Positions 9,135 through 17,664 of a stretch of 42,928 bases of DNA are shown one piece after another (within the stretch, counting starts at the first letter, position 1; each line of letters opens with the position of its first letter). Source of the DNA: Sphingobacteriales bacterium (GTDB lineage: Bacteria > Bacteroidota > Bacteroidia > Chitinophagales > Saprospiraceae). The DNA lies in the NCBI GenBank assembly GCA_900299495.1, contig OMKD01000127.1, positions 1 to 42,928 of the forward strand, read 5' to 3'. The notes beneath the pieces are model-generated. The model saw nothing but the letters and a program-made list of their open reading frames with translations, was not told the origin of the DNA and did no database searches. A program made the translations under genes and the position numbers.

Positions 9135-9782
9135 TTATATTTTGGGTCCAAAAGCAAGATCACCCGCATCTCCAAGCCCAGGAACTATATAGGACTTGGC
9201 TGTAAGTTCTTCATCTAAATCTCCTATCCAGATATTTGCATCCGGGTGAAGTCTTTGAACATGTTCCATTCCTGTTCTGGAGGCAATTGCTGTACAAATG
9301 TGAATGGCCGAAGGTTTTCCATAGGATTCTAATGCTTGTAAAGCTAAGTTGAGTGATGCTCCAGTAGCCAACATGGGATCACACAAAATGAGTATTTTAC
9401 CCTCAATAGATGGACTTGTGACTTTATTTAGTTCTATATCAAAGCTACCCGTTTTATGCATTTTCCGTTGTGCGGATATAAATGCATTTTCAGCTCGGTC
9501 AAAAACATCAAGTAGCCCATTATGCATAGGTATGCCAGCCCTTAAGATAGAGGCAATTACTATTTTATCGCTTATCAAGTGACTTTTTGATATTCCTAGA
9601 GGTGTTTCTGTTTCAACTTCTTTGAAATTCAATGTTTTACTGATCTCGTATCCGATTAAACCACCCAGTCTTGCTAAGTTTGTTCTAAACCGCATAGAGT
9701 CTGACTGAATACTCGAATCCCTTAATTCTGCCAAGAAAGTATTGGCAATACTGGGCTGATCTGTTAAAACTTTTGTAGCCAT
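9135..9782 (-). CDS. upp: uracil phosphoribosyltransferase
   Basis: PRPP-binding loop ILILCDPMLATGAS and the C-terminal YIVPGLGDAGDLAFG motif. Sits 6 nt upstream of the symporter gene. Confidence 0.93.
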   Translation of the reverse strand: MATKVLTDQPSIANTFLAELRDSSIQSDSMRFRTNLARLGGLIGYEISKTLNFKEVETETPLGISKSHLISDKIVIASILRAGIPMHNGLLDVFDRAENAFISAQRKMHKTGSFDIELNKVTSPSIEGKILILCDPMLATGASLNLALQALESYGKPSAIHICTAIASRTGMEHVQRLHPDANIWIGDLDEELTAKSYIVPGLGDAGDLAFGPKI

Positions 9783-9875
9783 TTGTAATGATTTACTAGA
9801 AATTGTAGATGAACCTTAAATATAACGAATTCGACTTTTAAACGATTATAGCTTTCAAGGTATTTCCAAAAAAGA

Positions 9876-11228
9876 TTATGAGAATTTCATGTCTTTTGTG
9901 GCCTTTTTTATTAGAGATTCATACATATTCTGCTTTTCAATCGTCCATCCTTCTTCAGTATAAAAAGATGAATTATGCCAGATTGTCCTCAATGTACCAC
10001 CAAAGGAATGTAGATAGTTTATTATCTCTTCCGTTTGATTTAATGCTTTCTCCGGGGATAAATTCATATAATTGAACAAGCTTATATCCATGACTTGAAA
10101 AGGAAATATTCTCAGTGTACTTGTCTTTTCCTCACTAAGGTCGTACCAAAGAAAAGATCTAGAACAGGATGCTCTAAACCCAATACAATCAGAATATCCC
10201 AATGTATAGTCTTCTTTTATACCTTGTTGAATGAGATTCTGGTAGGTTGTCGGAAAAGATAATTTTAAGTAGTGTTGCCTACTTTTTAATATGTTTTTTT
10301 CTACCGTTTTTTCAAGACTCTGGAGTTCTGATTTTAGTATATCAACATGCGTATTACTCCTGTAAGAAGGATGGATTCCTAGTTCATATTTTTTATGAAT
10401 TCTCTGGATCAAGGATTGAAATTCAAGGTTTGAAATAGAGGTGTTTTTATCGAAAGAAGACCATTTCCCAACAGCAAAAAAGTAAATCGCATTCGCTATT
10501 GAATACGTTTCGTGTAAGTTGTCTAAATCATCAAATACCTGATAGGGGTCCTTTTTATTATTAAATAAAGTGTTTATAATATCAATGTTTAATTGCTTGT
10601 TTTTTGATTTTAGAAGCCTTACTAAAAGACCTAATGTTCGAACGAATCCCTTGTGCTTGAAAGCCCAGGCAATATCGATATCATATGTTGGCTGGAAGGT
10701 ATACTTGGCTTTTTCTATCTTCAGGTCGCTAATTGAATTAAGGCGAACTCTTATTAACTCAATCCAACTATCTACCAATGGAAATTGGATGAAGTCATAT
10801 TTCTTTGCAAGCGATGAAGATGAACAAAACCTAATGTGTTTATCTGGCTCAAAATTTTGATATTCCTCATATCTGCTTAAGAGGTAAAAACAAGCAGAGA
10901 AAATATCAAAGTTGATATCAAAGGTAAAATCTACTAGTGCGGGAAAGAGGAGTGTTTCTTTGCCACTGTTTAGAACTTCAGGTTGAAAGTTTTGATAGAT
11001 TTGGTTTTGTTCAAGGAAGCCTTGATTAAAAACCTTTAAACAATTGGAACTGTCATACTGCTTTCCAGAATAATTAATTTTTAGGGAATCATTACATTCC
11101 TTGAATTGTGATATATCTGAAGTAATGGTGTAAGAGAGTCCAAGATTCTCATAAAATAGGAAATCAAACACATAGTGATGCCTGTTAGTAATCGGGCTGT
11201 CAATAAGAATAAGGACTTTTTTATCCAT
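9876..11228 (-). CDS. hypothetical protein, possibly a divergent polysaccharide-deacetylase (NodB/CE4-like) family member
   Basis: 450-aa ORF. Weak NodB-like blocks (TYDIDIAW, GIHPSYRSNTH). The family assignment is tentative. Confidence 0.6.
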   Translation of the reverse strand: MDKKVLILIDSPITNRHHYVFDFLFYENLGLSYTITSDISQFKECNDSLKINYSGKQYDSSNCLKVFNQGFLEQNQIYQNFQPEVLNSGKETLLFPALVDFTFDINFDIFSACFYLLSRYEEYQNFEPDKHIRFCSSSSLAKKYDFIQFPLVDSWIELIRVRLNSISDLKIEKAKYTFQPTYDIDIAWAFKHKGFVRTLGLLVRLLKSKNKQLNIDIINTLFNNKKDPYQVFDDLDNLHETYSIANAIYFFAVGKWSSFDKNTSISNLEFQSLIQRIHKKYELGIHPSYRSNTHVDILKSELQSLEKTVEKNILKSRQHYLKLSFPTTYQNLIQQGIKEDYTLGYSDCIGFRASCSRSFLWYDLSEEKTSTLRIFPFQVMDISLFNYMNLSPEKALNQTEEIINYLHSFGGTLRTIWHNSSFYTEEGWTIEKQNMYESLIKKATKDMKFS

Positions 11229-11290
11229 ATAATGTGAATGATATTTATTTAATATACCTCAAAATGTAAAAATCCTATTAAATAGACACT

Positions 11291-11298
11291 TAATTTTG
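11291..11298 (+). promoter_or_regulatory. candidate Bacteroidota -7 box (TAnnTTTG)
   Basis: TAATTTTG lies 77 nt upstream of the ATG at 11375. The 10-mer ATTTTGAGTT recurs at 11293-11302 and 11322-11331. Confidence 0.3.
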
Positions 11299-11374
11299 AG
11301 TTTAATATGCGTAAGGCTTATATTTTGAGTTAAGACTATAAAGAATCTACCTAAACACCTACAGGAAATAAATT

Positions 11375-12142
11375 ATGAGAATAAAGCTTTTAATAATAGG
11401 TCTAATTTTATCCGTTGGTCATTCTTTTGCTCAGGGAGACTTCTCTGGTATTCCAAAAGAACGCTACACGGGTACTGGTATTATTTATAATAATGAATTT
11501 AGTGTCGATCTTACTAAACAAGCTAAAGGCTATTCTTTGGGGGTATATCGTGGAAAAATCCAAACCTTTTACAAGACCAGATATCTGGGCTTGCAGTTTG
11601 CAGAGTTTAAGCATCATAAGGAGTATAAGTTATCTCTGAACAATGCTAATCTAACCGAATCTGTAATTTTTGGTAAGCAAAATAGCTTCTATGGCCTAAG
11701 AGCTATTGTTGGGGAAAAGAAATATTTTTCTGAAAAATCAAAAACAAGAGGCGTTGCCGTAGGGTTAAATTATAGCTTAGGATTTAACCTGGGGATAGCT
11801 AAACCGTATTATGTGTTGATTAGAAACTTTGATCAGTTATCCACAGCAGTTAAATATTCAGAAGAAAATGCAGACGAATTTTTAAACACAAGTCTTATGA
11901 GAGGGGCTGCGCCATGGTCAATAGGTCTTAATGAATTGAGTCTTTATCCTGGTGGTACTGCCAAGGTGGCTGTTCATGTTGACTGGGGAGCATTCGATGA
12001 ATATATCAAAGCGGTTGAGGCTGGAATAGCAGTAGACGTATTTCCAAAGAAAATTCCTATGATGGTCCCGGTAGAGGGCGTCGAAAATCGTAAATATTTC
12101 ATTAATCTTTTCCTAACTTTGCAGTTAGGAAAAAGAAGTTAA
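11375..12142 (+). CDS. secreted or outer-membrane hypothetical protein
   Basis: Signal peptide MRIKLLIIGLILSVGHSFAQ. The sequence is beta-rich with alternating hydrophobicity. No family recognised. Confidence 0.7.
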   Translation: MRIKLLIIGLILSVGHSFAQGDFSGIPKERYTGTGIIYNNEFSVDLTKQAKGYSLGVYRGKIQTFYKTRYLGLQFAEFKHHKEYKLSLNNANLTESVIFGKQNSFYGLRAIVGEKKYFSEKSKTRGVAVGLNYSLGFNLGIAKPYYVLIRNFDQLSTAVKYSEENADEFLNTSLMRGAAPWSIGLNELSLYPGGTAKVAVHVDWGAFDEYIKAVEAGIAVDVFPKKIPMMVPVEGVENRKYFINLFLTLQLGKRS

Positions 12143-12189
12143 TAGCCTTTTAACCAAAGGCTGTTCTATTTGTTGATAAAAACAAAACA

Positions 12190-13068
12190 ATGATCGATCT
12201 TCCGATAGTTGATAAAAAAGATGATGGGGGCAGGAAAAGGAAGCCTAATTGGTTGAGAGTAAAATTGCCCATCGGCGAAAATTACAAGAGAGTAAGGAAC
12301 CTTGTCGATGAATATAATCTTCATACAATTTGTCAGAGTGGTAATTGTCCAAACATGGGCGAATGTTGGGGTGCAGGAACTGCAACCTTTATGATCTTGG
12401 GTAACACCTGTACCCGTTCGTGCTCATTCTGTGCGGTTAAAACAGGTAGACCACCAGAATATGATGAGGATGAACCACGAAGAGTAGCTGAAGCTATCAA
12501 GCTGATGGAAGTTAAGCACGCTGTAATCACATCTGTGAACAGGGATGAGCTTAAAGACAGAGGAGCAGAGATTTGGTATCAGACAGTAAAAGCAGTGAAA
12601 GAAGTTTCTCCTGAAACGACCATCGAGACCTTGATTCCTGATGTAAGAGGTAATTGGGCTGCATTAGAGCGTATGGTAGAGGGTGGTCAAGAGGTAGTTT
12701 CTCATAACATGGAGACTGTAAGGGCTTTATATAGAAAGGTAAGACCTCAGGCAAAGTATCAAAGAAGTTTAGAACAAATTCAACGTATTAAAGACTTAGG
12801 ACACCGCACTAAAACGGGTATAATGGTTGGTCTTGGCGAAACAGAGGATCAGGTATTTGAGGTTATGGATGATCTTGTCAATCATGGCTGTGATGTATTG
12901 ACCATAGGTCAGTATCTGCAACCAACGAAGATGCACCTTGAAGTTGCAGAATATGTGCATCCTGATGTTTTTGCAAAGTATAAAGAAGTTGGTCTTGAAA
13001 AAGGCTTGAACTTTGTGGAGAGTGGTCCACTTGTTCGTTCTTCTTATCATGCAGAAAGACATTTGTAA
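12190..13068 (+). CDS. lipA: lipoyl synthase
   Basis: The N-terminal auxiliary-cluster cysteines are in [12 protein letters not shown]. The radical-SAM motif CTRSCSFC is also present. Length is typical. Confidence 0.95.
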   Translation: MIDLPIVDKKDDGGRKRKPNWLRVKLPIGENYKRVRNLVDEYNLHTICQSGNCPNMGECWGAGTATFMILGNTCTRSCSFCAVKTGRPPEYDEDEPRRVAEAIKLMEVKHAVITSVNRDELKDRGAEIWYQTVKAVKEVSPETTIETLIPDVRGNWAALERMVEGGQEVVSHNMETVRALYRKVRPQAKYQRSLEQIQRIKDLGHRTKTGIMVGLGETEDQVFEVMDDLVNHGCDVLTIGQYLQPTKMHLEVAEYVHPDVFAKYKEVGLEKGLNFVESGPLVRSSYHAERHL

Positions 13069-13070
13069 AT

Positions 13071-13101
13071 AAAAAAGGAGGCTAATTTAGCCTCCTTTTT
13101 T
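13071..13101. terminator. bidirectional rho-independent terminator between convergent lipA and the alkaline phosphatase gene
   Basis: A6, stem GGAGGCT (13077-13083), loop AATTT, stem AGCCTCC (13089-13095), then T6. The T-run overlaps the minus-strand stop codon. Confidence 0.8.
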
Positions 13102-14209
13102 ATTTGAATCTCTTCAGTGCTTTAATGTAGTCATAGATTGCTGTGTTTTCATATATTCCACAAAACAGCTCAGAACCTGGTCCGTATGCAAATACAGGAA
13201 TCATGGCTGCCGTGTGATAATCTGTTGTAAACGCTCCAACGATACTTCCCATTTCTGATCCGGGATTAATCGCATATCCTCCTGTTTCATGGTCAGCTGT
13301 AACGACTACAAGCGTGTTACCGTCATTCTTTGCGAATTCAAGGACTTTACCAATTGTTTTGTCGAAGTCCAGCATCTCTGTAATGATATATTCTGAATCA
13401 TTAGCATGACCTCCCCAATCAATTTGTGAACCTTCTATCATAAGGAAAAACCCTTCCTTTTTGCTTCTCGCAGAAAGGAATTCCAAGGCCATATCTGTTG
13501 ACTGATTTAAATAATTTCTACCGGATGTTTTTGGAAGCGGACTTCCGTTAGAAGTGAAGTATCCAAAGTTTTTATTTAAATCAGGGATGATATCAGATAA
13601 TTCGGTATTGATAAAATCCTCGATTTGATAATTCTTAGCTTCAAGCTCTTCTATAATATTCCTATCATCAGTTTCTCTCGCACTAAAAAATTTCATTCCT
13701 CCACCAATAAAAAAGTCTACTTCTGTATTCAAAAATTCAGCGGCGATAGCCTCTTGCATGCTTCTTGATGGTTGATGCGCAATGAAAGATGCTGGTGTAG
13801 CGTGCGTTATCGTGGAAGTTGCTACCAAACCGGTTGGCATATTGCGTTCTTCAGCCATTTCCAGAAGTGTTTTTATGGCAACAGTGTCCTCATCTACCCC
13901 AATCGCACCGTTATATGTCTTTACGCCACAGGAAAAGGCAGTTGCTCCAGCTGCGGAATCAGTTATTAATTTATCTGCTGAATAAGATTTATGAAGCCCA
14001 ATATTCTTGAATTGCTCAAGGTTTAAAAAATTATTGTTTTGGTACATTCCTGCTGTAATCTGGGTAAGTCCCATTCCGTCTCCTATTAAAAGAATTACAT
14101 TCGTGGGTTTAGGCAGCATCACTGTATCAGTAATGTTGTCGGGATTAATTTTTTTATTACAGGATCCAAGAATCAGGATCATAGATAATAGACCAAATAT
14201 CTTTTTCAC
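13100..14209 (-). CDS. alkaline phosphatase (PhoA family), secreted or lipoprotein
   Basis: Metal-site and active-site blocks LLIGDGMG and TDSAAGATAFSCG, plus DHETGG and GGHAN-type blocks. N-terminal signal ends in LGSC. Confidence 0.9.
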   Translation of the reverse strand: MKKIFGLLSMILILGSCNKKINPDNITDTVMLPKPTNVILLIGDGMGLTQITAGMYQNNNFLNLEQFKNIGLHKSYSADKLITDSAAGATAFSCGVKTYNGAIGVDEDTVAIKTLLEMAEERNMPTGLVATSTITHATPASFIAHQPSRSMQEAIAAEFLNTEVDFFIGGGMKFFSARETDDRNIIEELEAKNYQIEDFINTELSDIIPDLNKNFGYFTSNGSPLPKTSGRNYLNQSTDMALEFLSARSKKEGFFLMIEGSQIDWGGHANDSEYIITEMLDFDKTIGKVLEFAKNDGNTLVVVTADHETGGYAINPGSEMGSIVGAFTTDYHTAAMIPVFAYGPGSELFCGIYENTAIYDYIKALKRFK

Positions 14210-14230
14210 TTTTTTGATTTGTGTGATTCT

Positions 14231-15331
14231 CTAAGTTAGGATATATCTTTTCCCCGGGAGCGAAAGTATCAATCCTTTAAACTCCAGGCTTAACAAAGTT
14301 GAGTTTATTTTATTTAAGGACAAACTACTTTTAGCAGTTATTTCTTCTAATTGTATTTCTTTACATCCTTTTAATAAACTAAATACCTCTTTTTCAGTGT
14401 CATTAAGATCAATAAATAACCGCTGCTGAATGCTTTTGGAGCTAGGTAATGACCAGTTTAAGGCTTGGGCAATGTCTTCTGCTGATTCAACAAGCATTGC
14501 TTTGTTATTTTGAATTAAATGATTGCATCCTCTGCTTTTATAATCCTTTGGCCTTCCTGGTATGGCGAATACTTCTTTGTTATAGCCAAAAGCAAGATTT
14601 GCTGTTATCATTGAGCCTCCCTGGGTTTTACTTTCAACCACCAAACAAGCATCTGATAAAGCTGCAATTAAACGGTTTCGCATAGGAAAAAACTCTCGCT
14701 CAGGCTTTTGATAAAAGTCGAACTCTGAAATAGTACCTCCCTTTAATACCATTTGCTGCACTATGTTTCTATGCTCTGGTGGGTAAATGTATTTATGACC
14801 GTGGGCGAGTACGCCAATGGTCTGTAGATTATTTTTTACAGCTTCTGTTTGAGCGCATATATCAATTCCGTATGCTAATCCACTTAGGATAATGGGATCA
14901 TAGTCCTTAAGGTTTTGTACTATTTTCTTGCAGATGCTTATACCTTCGGGGCTTGGTTTTCGTGTTCCAACAACAGAGATTATTCTATGGTGATTTAGAT
15001 CTAAATCTCCTTTAGAATAGATGATTAGCGGAGCGTCAGGAATGAATTTAAGCCTGAACGGATATTTTTTATTATTATAAAAAAAAGCATTGATTTTATT
15101 TTTTTCTAATGTTTCTAGAATTAAATTTGCTTTACTCAATAGACTGTCAATATCTACATCATATACCGAGTTCATTCGGAAGCTGTTTAGTTTCCTAAGC
15201 TTTTGTCTGCCCGCAGGACTGAAAATATTTTCTGCACTCCCACAAAGTGTGATTAGTTTTTTTCCGGTAACTGGACCAATATTAGGAATAAGAGTCAATA
15301 GTAATGTATACAGCAGTTCCTTATTTTCCAT
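14231..15331 (-). CDS. dprA: DNA-processing protein DprA
   Basis: Rossmann-like DprA core (VVGTRKPS, GLAYGIDICAQ, VVESKTQGGSMITANLA) and a C-terminal winged-helix-like tail. Confidence 0.9.
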   Translation of the reverse strand: MENKELLYTLLLTLIPNIGPVTGKKLITLCGSAENIFSPAGRQKLRKLNSFRMNSVYDVDIDSLLSKANLILETLEKNKINAFFYNNKKYPFRLKFIPDAPLIIYSKGDLDLNHHRIISVVGTRKPSPEGISICKKIVQNLKDYDPIILSGLAYGIDICAQTEAVKNNLQTIGVLAHGHKYIYPPEHRNIVQQMVLKGGTISEFDFYQKPEREFFPMRNRLIAALSDACLVVESKTQGGSMITANLAFGYNKEVFAIPGRPKDYKSRGCNHLIQNNKAMLVESAEDIAQALNWSLPSSKSIQQRLFIDLNDTEKEVFSLLKGCKEIQLEEITAKSSLSLNKINSTLLSLEFKGLILSLPGKRYILT

Positions 15332-15381
15332 ATGTTTTGATTATGGAAATTAATTGCCTATACTCTTAATATCTACAAGTT

Positions 15382-15873
15382 ATGTCTGACACAGAAAAGA
15401 AAAAAAAGAAAGGGCTGCTTCCCAAAACCGAATTAATAATCCTCATTGTCTTATTGGGATTCTTTGTTCTTTGGTCATTGAAGCAATGCTCTAATTCTAT
15501 AAAGCCAATAGAAGAAACACCTGTATTGTCTCAGGAAGATCAATCAGATTCTGTTGAAAATCAGCCTATAATTAGTGAATTACGAGTAGATACCTTTGAA
15601 ATTGTCAAAGAGGTGACTGCATTATATGTAAATATTAATAAACTTAAACTCCGATCCTCTCCAAACCTAAAGAGTGAGGTACTTGAAGAACTGGAAATAG
15701 GTTCTAAAGTAATGTTTGCTGGAGAGGTTACTGACAGTCTTTATACCTTCAGTCTTGGTAAAAGAGAAGTAACAGAACCCTATGTTAAAGTTAAGACCTG
15801 GAAAGGTTTAGAAGGTTGGGTTTATGGCGCTGGAGTAGACTATTACAAGAAGAAAGTAGAAGGTACCTATTAG
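15382..15873 (+). CDS. membrane-anchored bacterial SH3 (SH3b) domain protein
   Basis: The N-terminal Lys run is followed by a TM helix (LIILIVLLGFFVLWSL). The C-terminal SH3b pattern is LKLRSSPNLKSEVLEELEIGSKV...WKGLEGWVYGAGV. Confidence 0.75.
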   Translation: MSDTEKKKKKGLLPKTELIILIVLLGFFVLWSLKQCSNSIKPIEETPVLSQEDQSDSVENQPIISELRVDTFEIVKEVTALYVNINKLKLRSSPNLKSEVLEELEIGSKVMFAGEVTDSLYTFSLGKREVTEPYVKVKTWKGLEGWVYGAGVDYYKKKVEGTY

Positions 15874-15964
15874 AACAAATACTCATTTCTGATTCACTCA
15901 ACACAATAATTAATATATTAATTTATTTTACTATAGTTATATCCATTTTAAACTACACTAAAAG

Positions 15965-17647
15965 ATGAAAGTCCAAAACCATCTCAATCTCAAAGGGACT
16001 TTTCAATTGTTAATAGCAATTGGATTATTTGGTTCCTTGTTCACCTTTTCTTCTTGTCAGCAAGAAAGCTCGGCAGATTGGTCACCAACTATTGCTGCAC
16101 CATTAGTAAATTCTACCCTTTCGGTTTCTAGTTTACTTGAACAATTAACAATGGACACTATGTTTAGTACAGACGATGAAGGTCTGTTGTCCGTGAATTA
16201 CAGAGCAGATTTATTTGATTATACGCCAAGTGAGGTATTCAATTTTGATTACGGCGGCGATCCAATACTTGGAGAGGTTGTAAACACACCTTTTGTAGAG
16301 AATTTAATTAATCAAAACGGTGAGTTTGAAGTTAATCTTCCAACCAGCGTGTTTACGTTCGATCCTAAAATTCAGGACGAGAATGTACCTGAGTTTGATG
16401 TGAAGATCGACTCCCTTTATTTATACAATACTTCTATTGTATTTAATTTCTCGAGTACTTTTGGTCATGCTGGGCGTATAAATATAGAGATACCACACTT
16501 GTATGATACAGAGGGGAATTCATTTGATGAAACGATTGAGTGGGATGAAGATGCTGATAATCCAATAACGGATTCTAACATTTTTGATCTGAATGGTTAT
16601 TTCTTGGATATGACTAAATCTGAGGAAAATGACACCATGTATAACAGATTTGATATTGATCTATCTGTTGTGGTTATGAATACTATTCCAAATTACGATA
16701 TAGAAGATGATGCAAGATTAGATTTCACTATCGAAGTTTCTAATATGGATTTTGAGCTTGCATATGGGGACTTTGGTCCTGGAAGCTTCTTACTTGGAAG
16801 AGATACAATTGCCTTCAATCCTTTTGAAGACATAAATAATGCAGACTTCTATCTTGCTGATCCTACTATTTCACTAGAGATCAATAGCGGTATAGGTTTT
16901 CAGCGTATGAATTCATTCGTTGATACTCTGGTATATGTTGATCCAGCGGGAGAAATTAACCAAATCCTTTTCAACCCTACGTCTATACAGCCGGAGATTA
17001 ATGCACCTCAAGAAGTTGGTGAATATGTAACAACCTTCTATAAGCTAACCAATGAGGATGGATATATTTCTGACTTATTATCCCCCATGGATAAAGATCT
17101 TATTTACGGGATACATGCTATTATCAATAGTAATGATGAAGATGAGCAGAGTTTTATTCATAGAGACCATGGGATTTCTGCAAGCTTGGATGTTGAAATA
17201 CCACTATATGGGCGAGTAGGAAATATTGAATTTAATGATACGCTAGAGTTTGATCTTGGTTCTCAGCTTTCGGAGATAGAGGATATGATTATTAAAACCA
17301 ATATGGAAAGTTATTTCCCTGTAAATGCTTATTTACAGGTTTATTTCTTGGATGAAAATTATGTCTTAACGGATTCTCTTTATGGCGCTGATTTTGATCT
17401 TCCTATCATTTCATCTCCGGAATTGAATGCAGAGGGAAGGCCTATTAATCAAGAGCCTGTCCTAACAACTAAAGAGGCAAGTCTGACATCTGAAACCATT
17501 GCAAATTTAGTTGAGAGTAAATATTTGGTATTGAATTATTCGTTCGAAACTTCAGAGTTTGATCAGGAGACCAATGTGAAAATCTTTGATGATTATTACA
17601 TAAATGCGAAAGTTGGCTTCCAGGCAACGGGTAAAATTGACTTTTAA
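15965..17647 (+). CDS. large lipoprotein of unknown function (560 aa)
   Basis: Lipoprotein signal LFGSLFTFSSC. The sequence is acidic and beta-rich. It lies 17 nt upstream of the barrel gene on the same strand. No family recognised. Confidence 0.75.
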   Translation: MKVQNHLNLKGTFQLLIAIGLFGSLFTFSSCQQESSADWSPTIAAPLVNSTLSVSSLLEQLTMDTMFSTDDEGLLSVNYRADLFDYTPSEVFNFDYGGDPILGEVVNTPFVENLINQNGEFEVNLPTSVFTFDPKIQDENVPEFDVKIDSLYLYNTSIVFNFSSTFGHAGRINIEIPHLYDTEGNSFDETIEWDEDADNPITDSNIFDLNGYFLDMTKSEENDTMYNRFDIDLSVVVMNTIPNYDIEDDARLDFTIEVSNMDFELAYGDFGPGSFLLGRDTIAFNPFEDINNADFYLADPTISLEINSGIGFQRMNSFVDTLVYVDPAGEINQILFNPTSIQPEINAPQEVGEYVTTFYKLTNEDGYISDLLSPMDKDLIYGIHAIINSNDEDEQSFIHRDHGISASLDVEIPLYGRVGNIEFNDTLEFDLGSQLSEIEDMIIKTNMESYFPVNAYLQVYFLDENYVLTDSLYGADFDLPIISSPELNAEGRPINQEPVLTTKEASLTSETIANLVESKYLVLNYSFETSEFDQETNVKIFDDYYINAKVGFQATGKIDF

Positions 17648-17664
17648 CATCCAATATCATTAAA

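Noticed and set aside
9878-10860. Plus-strand ORFs (63-96 aa) opposite the 450-aa gene, and similar antisense ORFs opposite tdk, the 2137 gene, the symporter, upp, lipA, alkaline phosphatase, dprA, prfA, tsaB, lspA, pdxA, the CE4 gene and gltX
   Set aside because: All are embedded in longer ORFs that carry clear family motifs. Their translations are low-complexity or hydrophobic noise with no start-site context.
12144-12162. Hairpin AGCCTTT-TAACC-AAAGGCT after the 11375-12142 gene
   Set aside because: The stem is only 7 bp and AT-biased, with an interrupted T-tract, and it lies 28 nt before lipA. It may be a weak terminator but is not strong enough to call.
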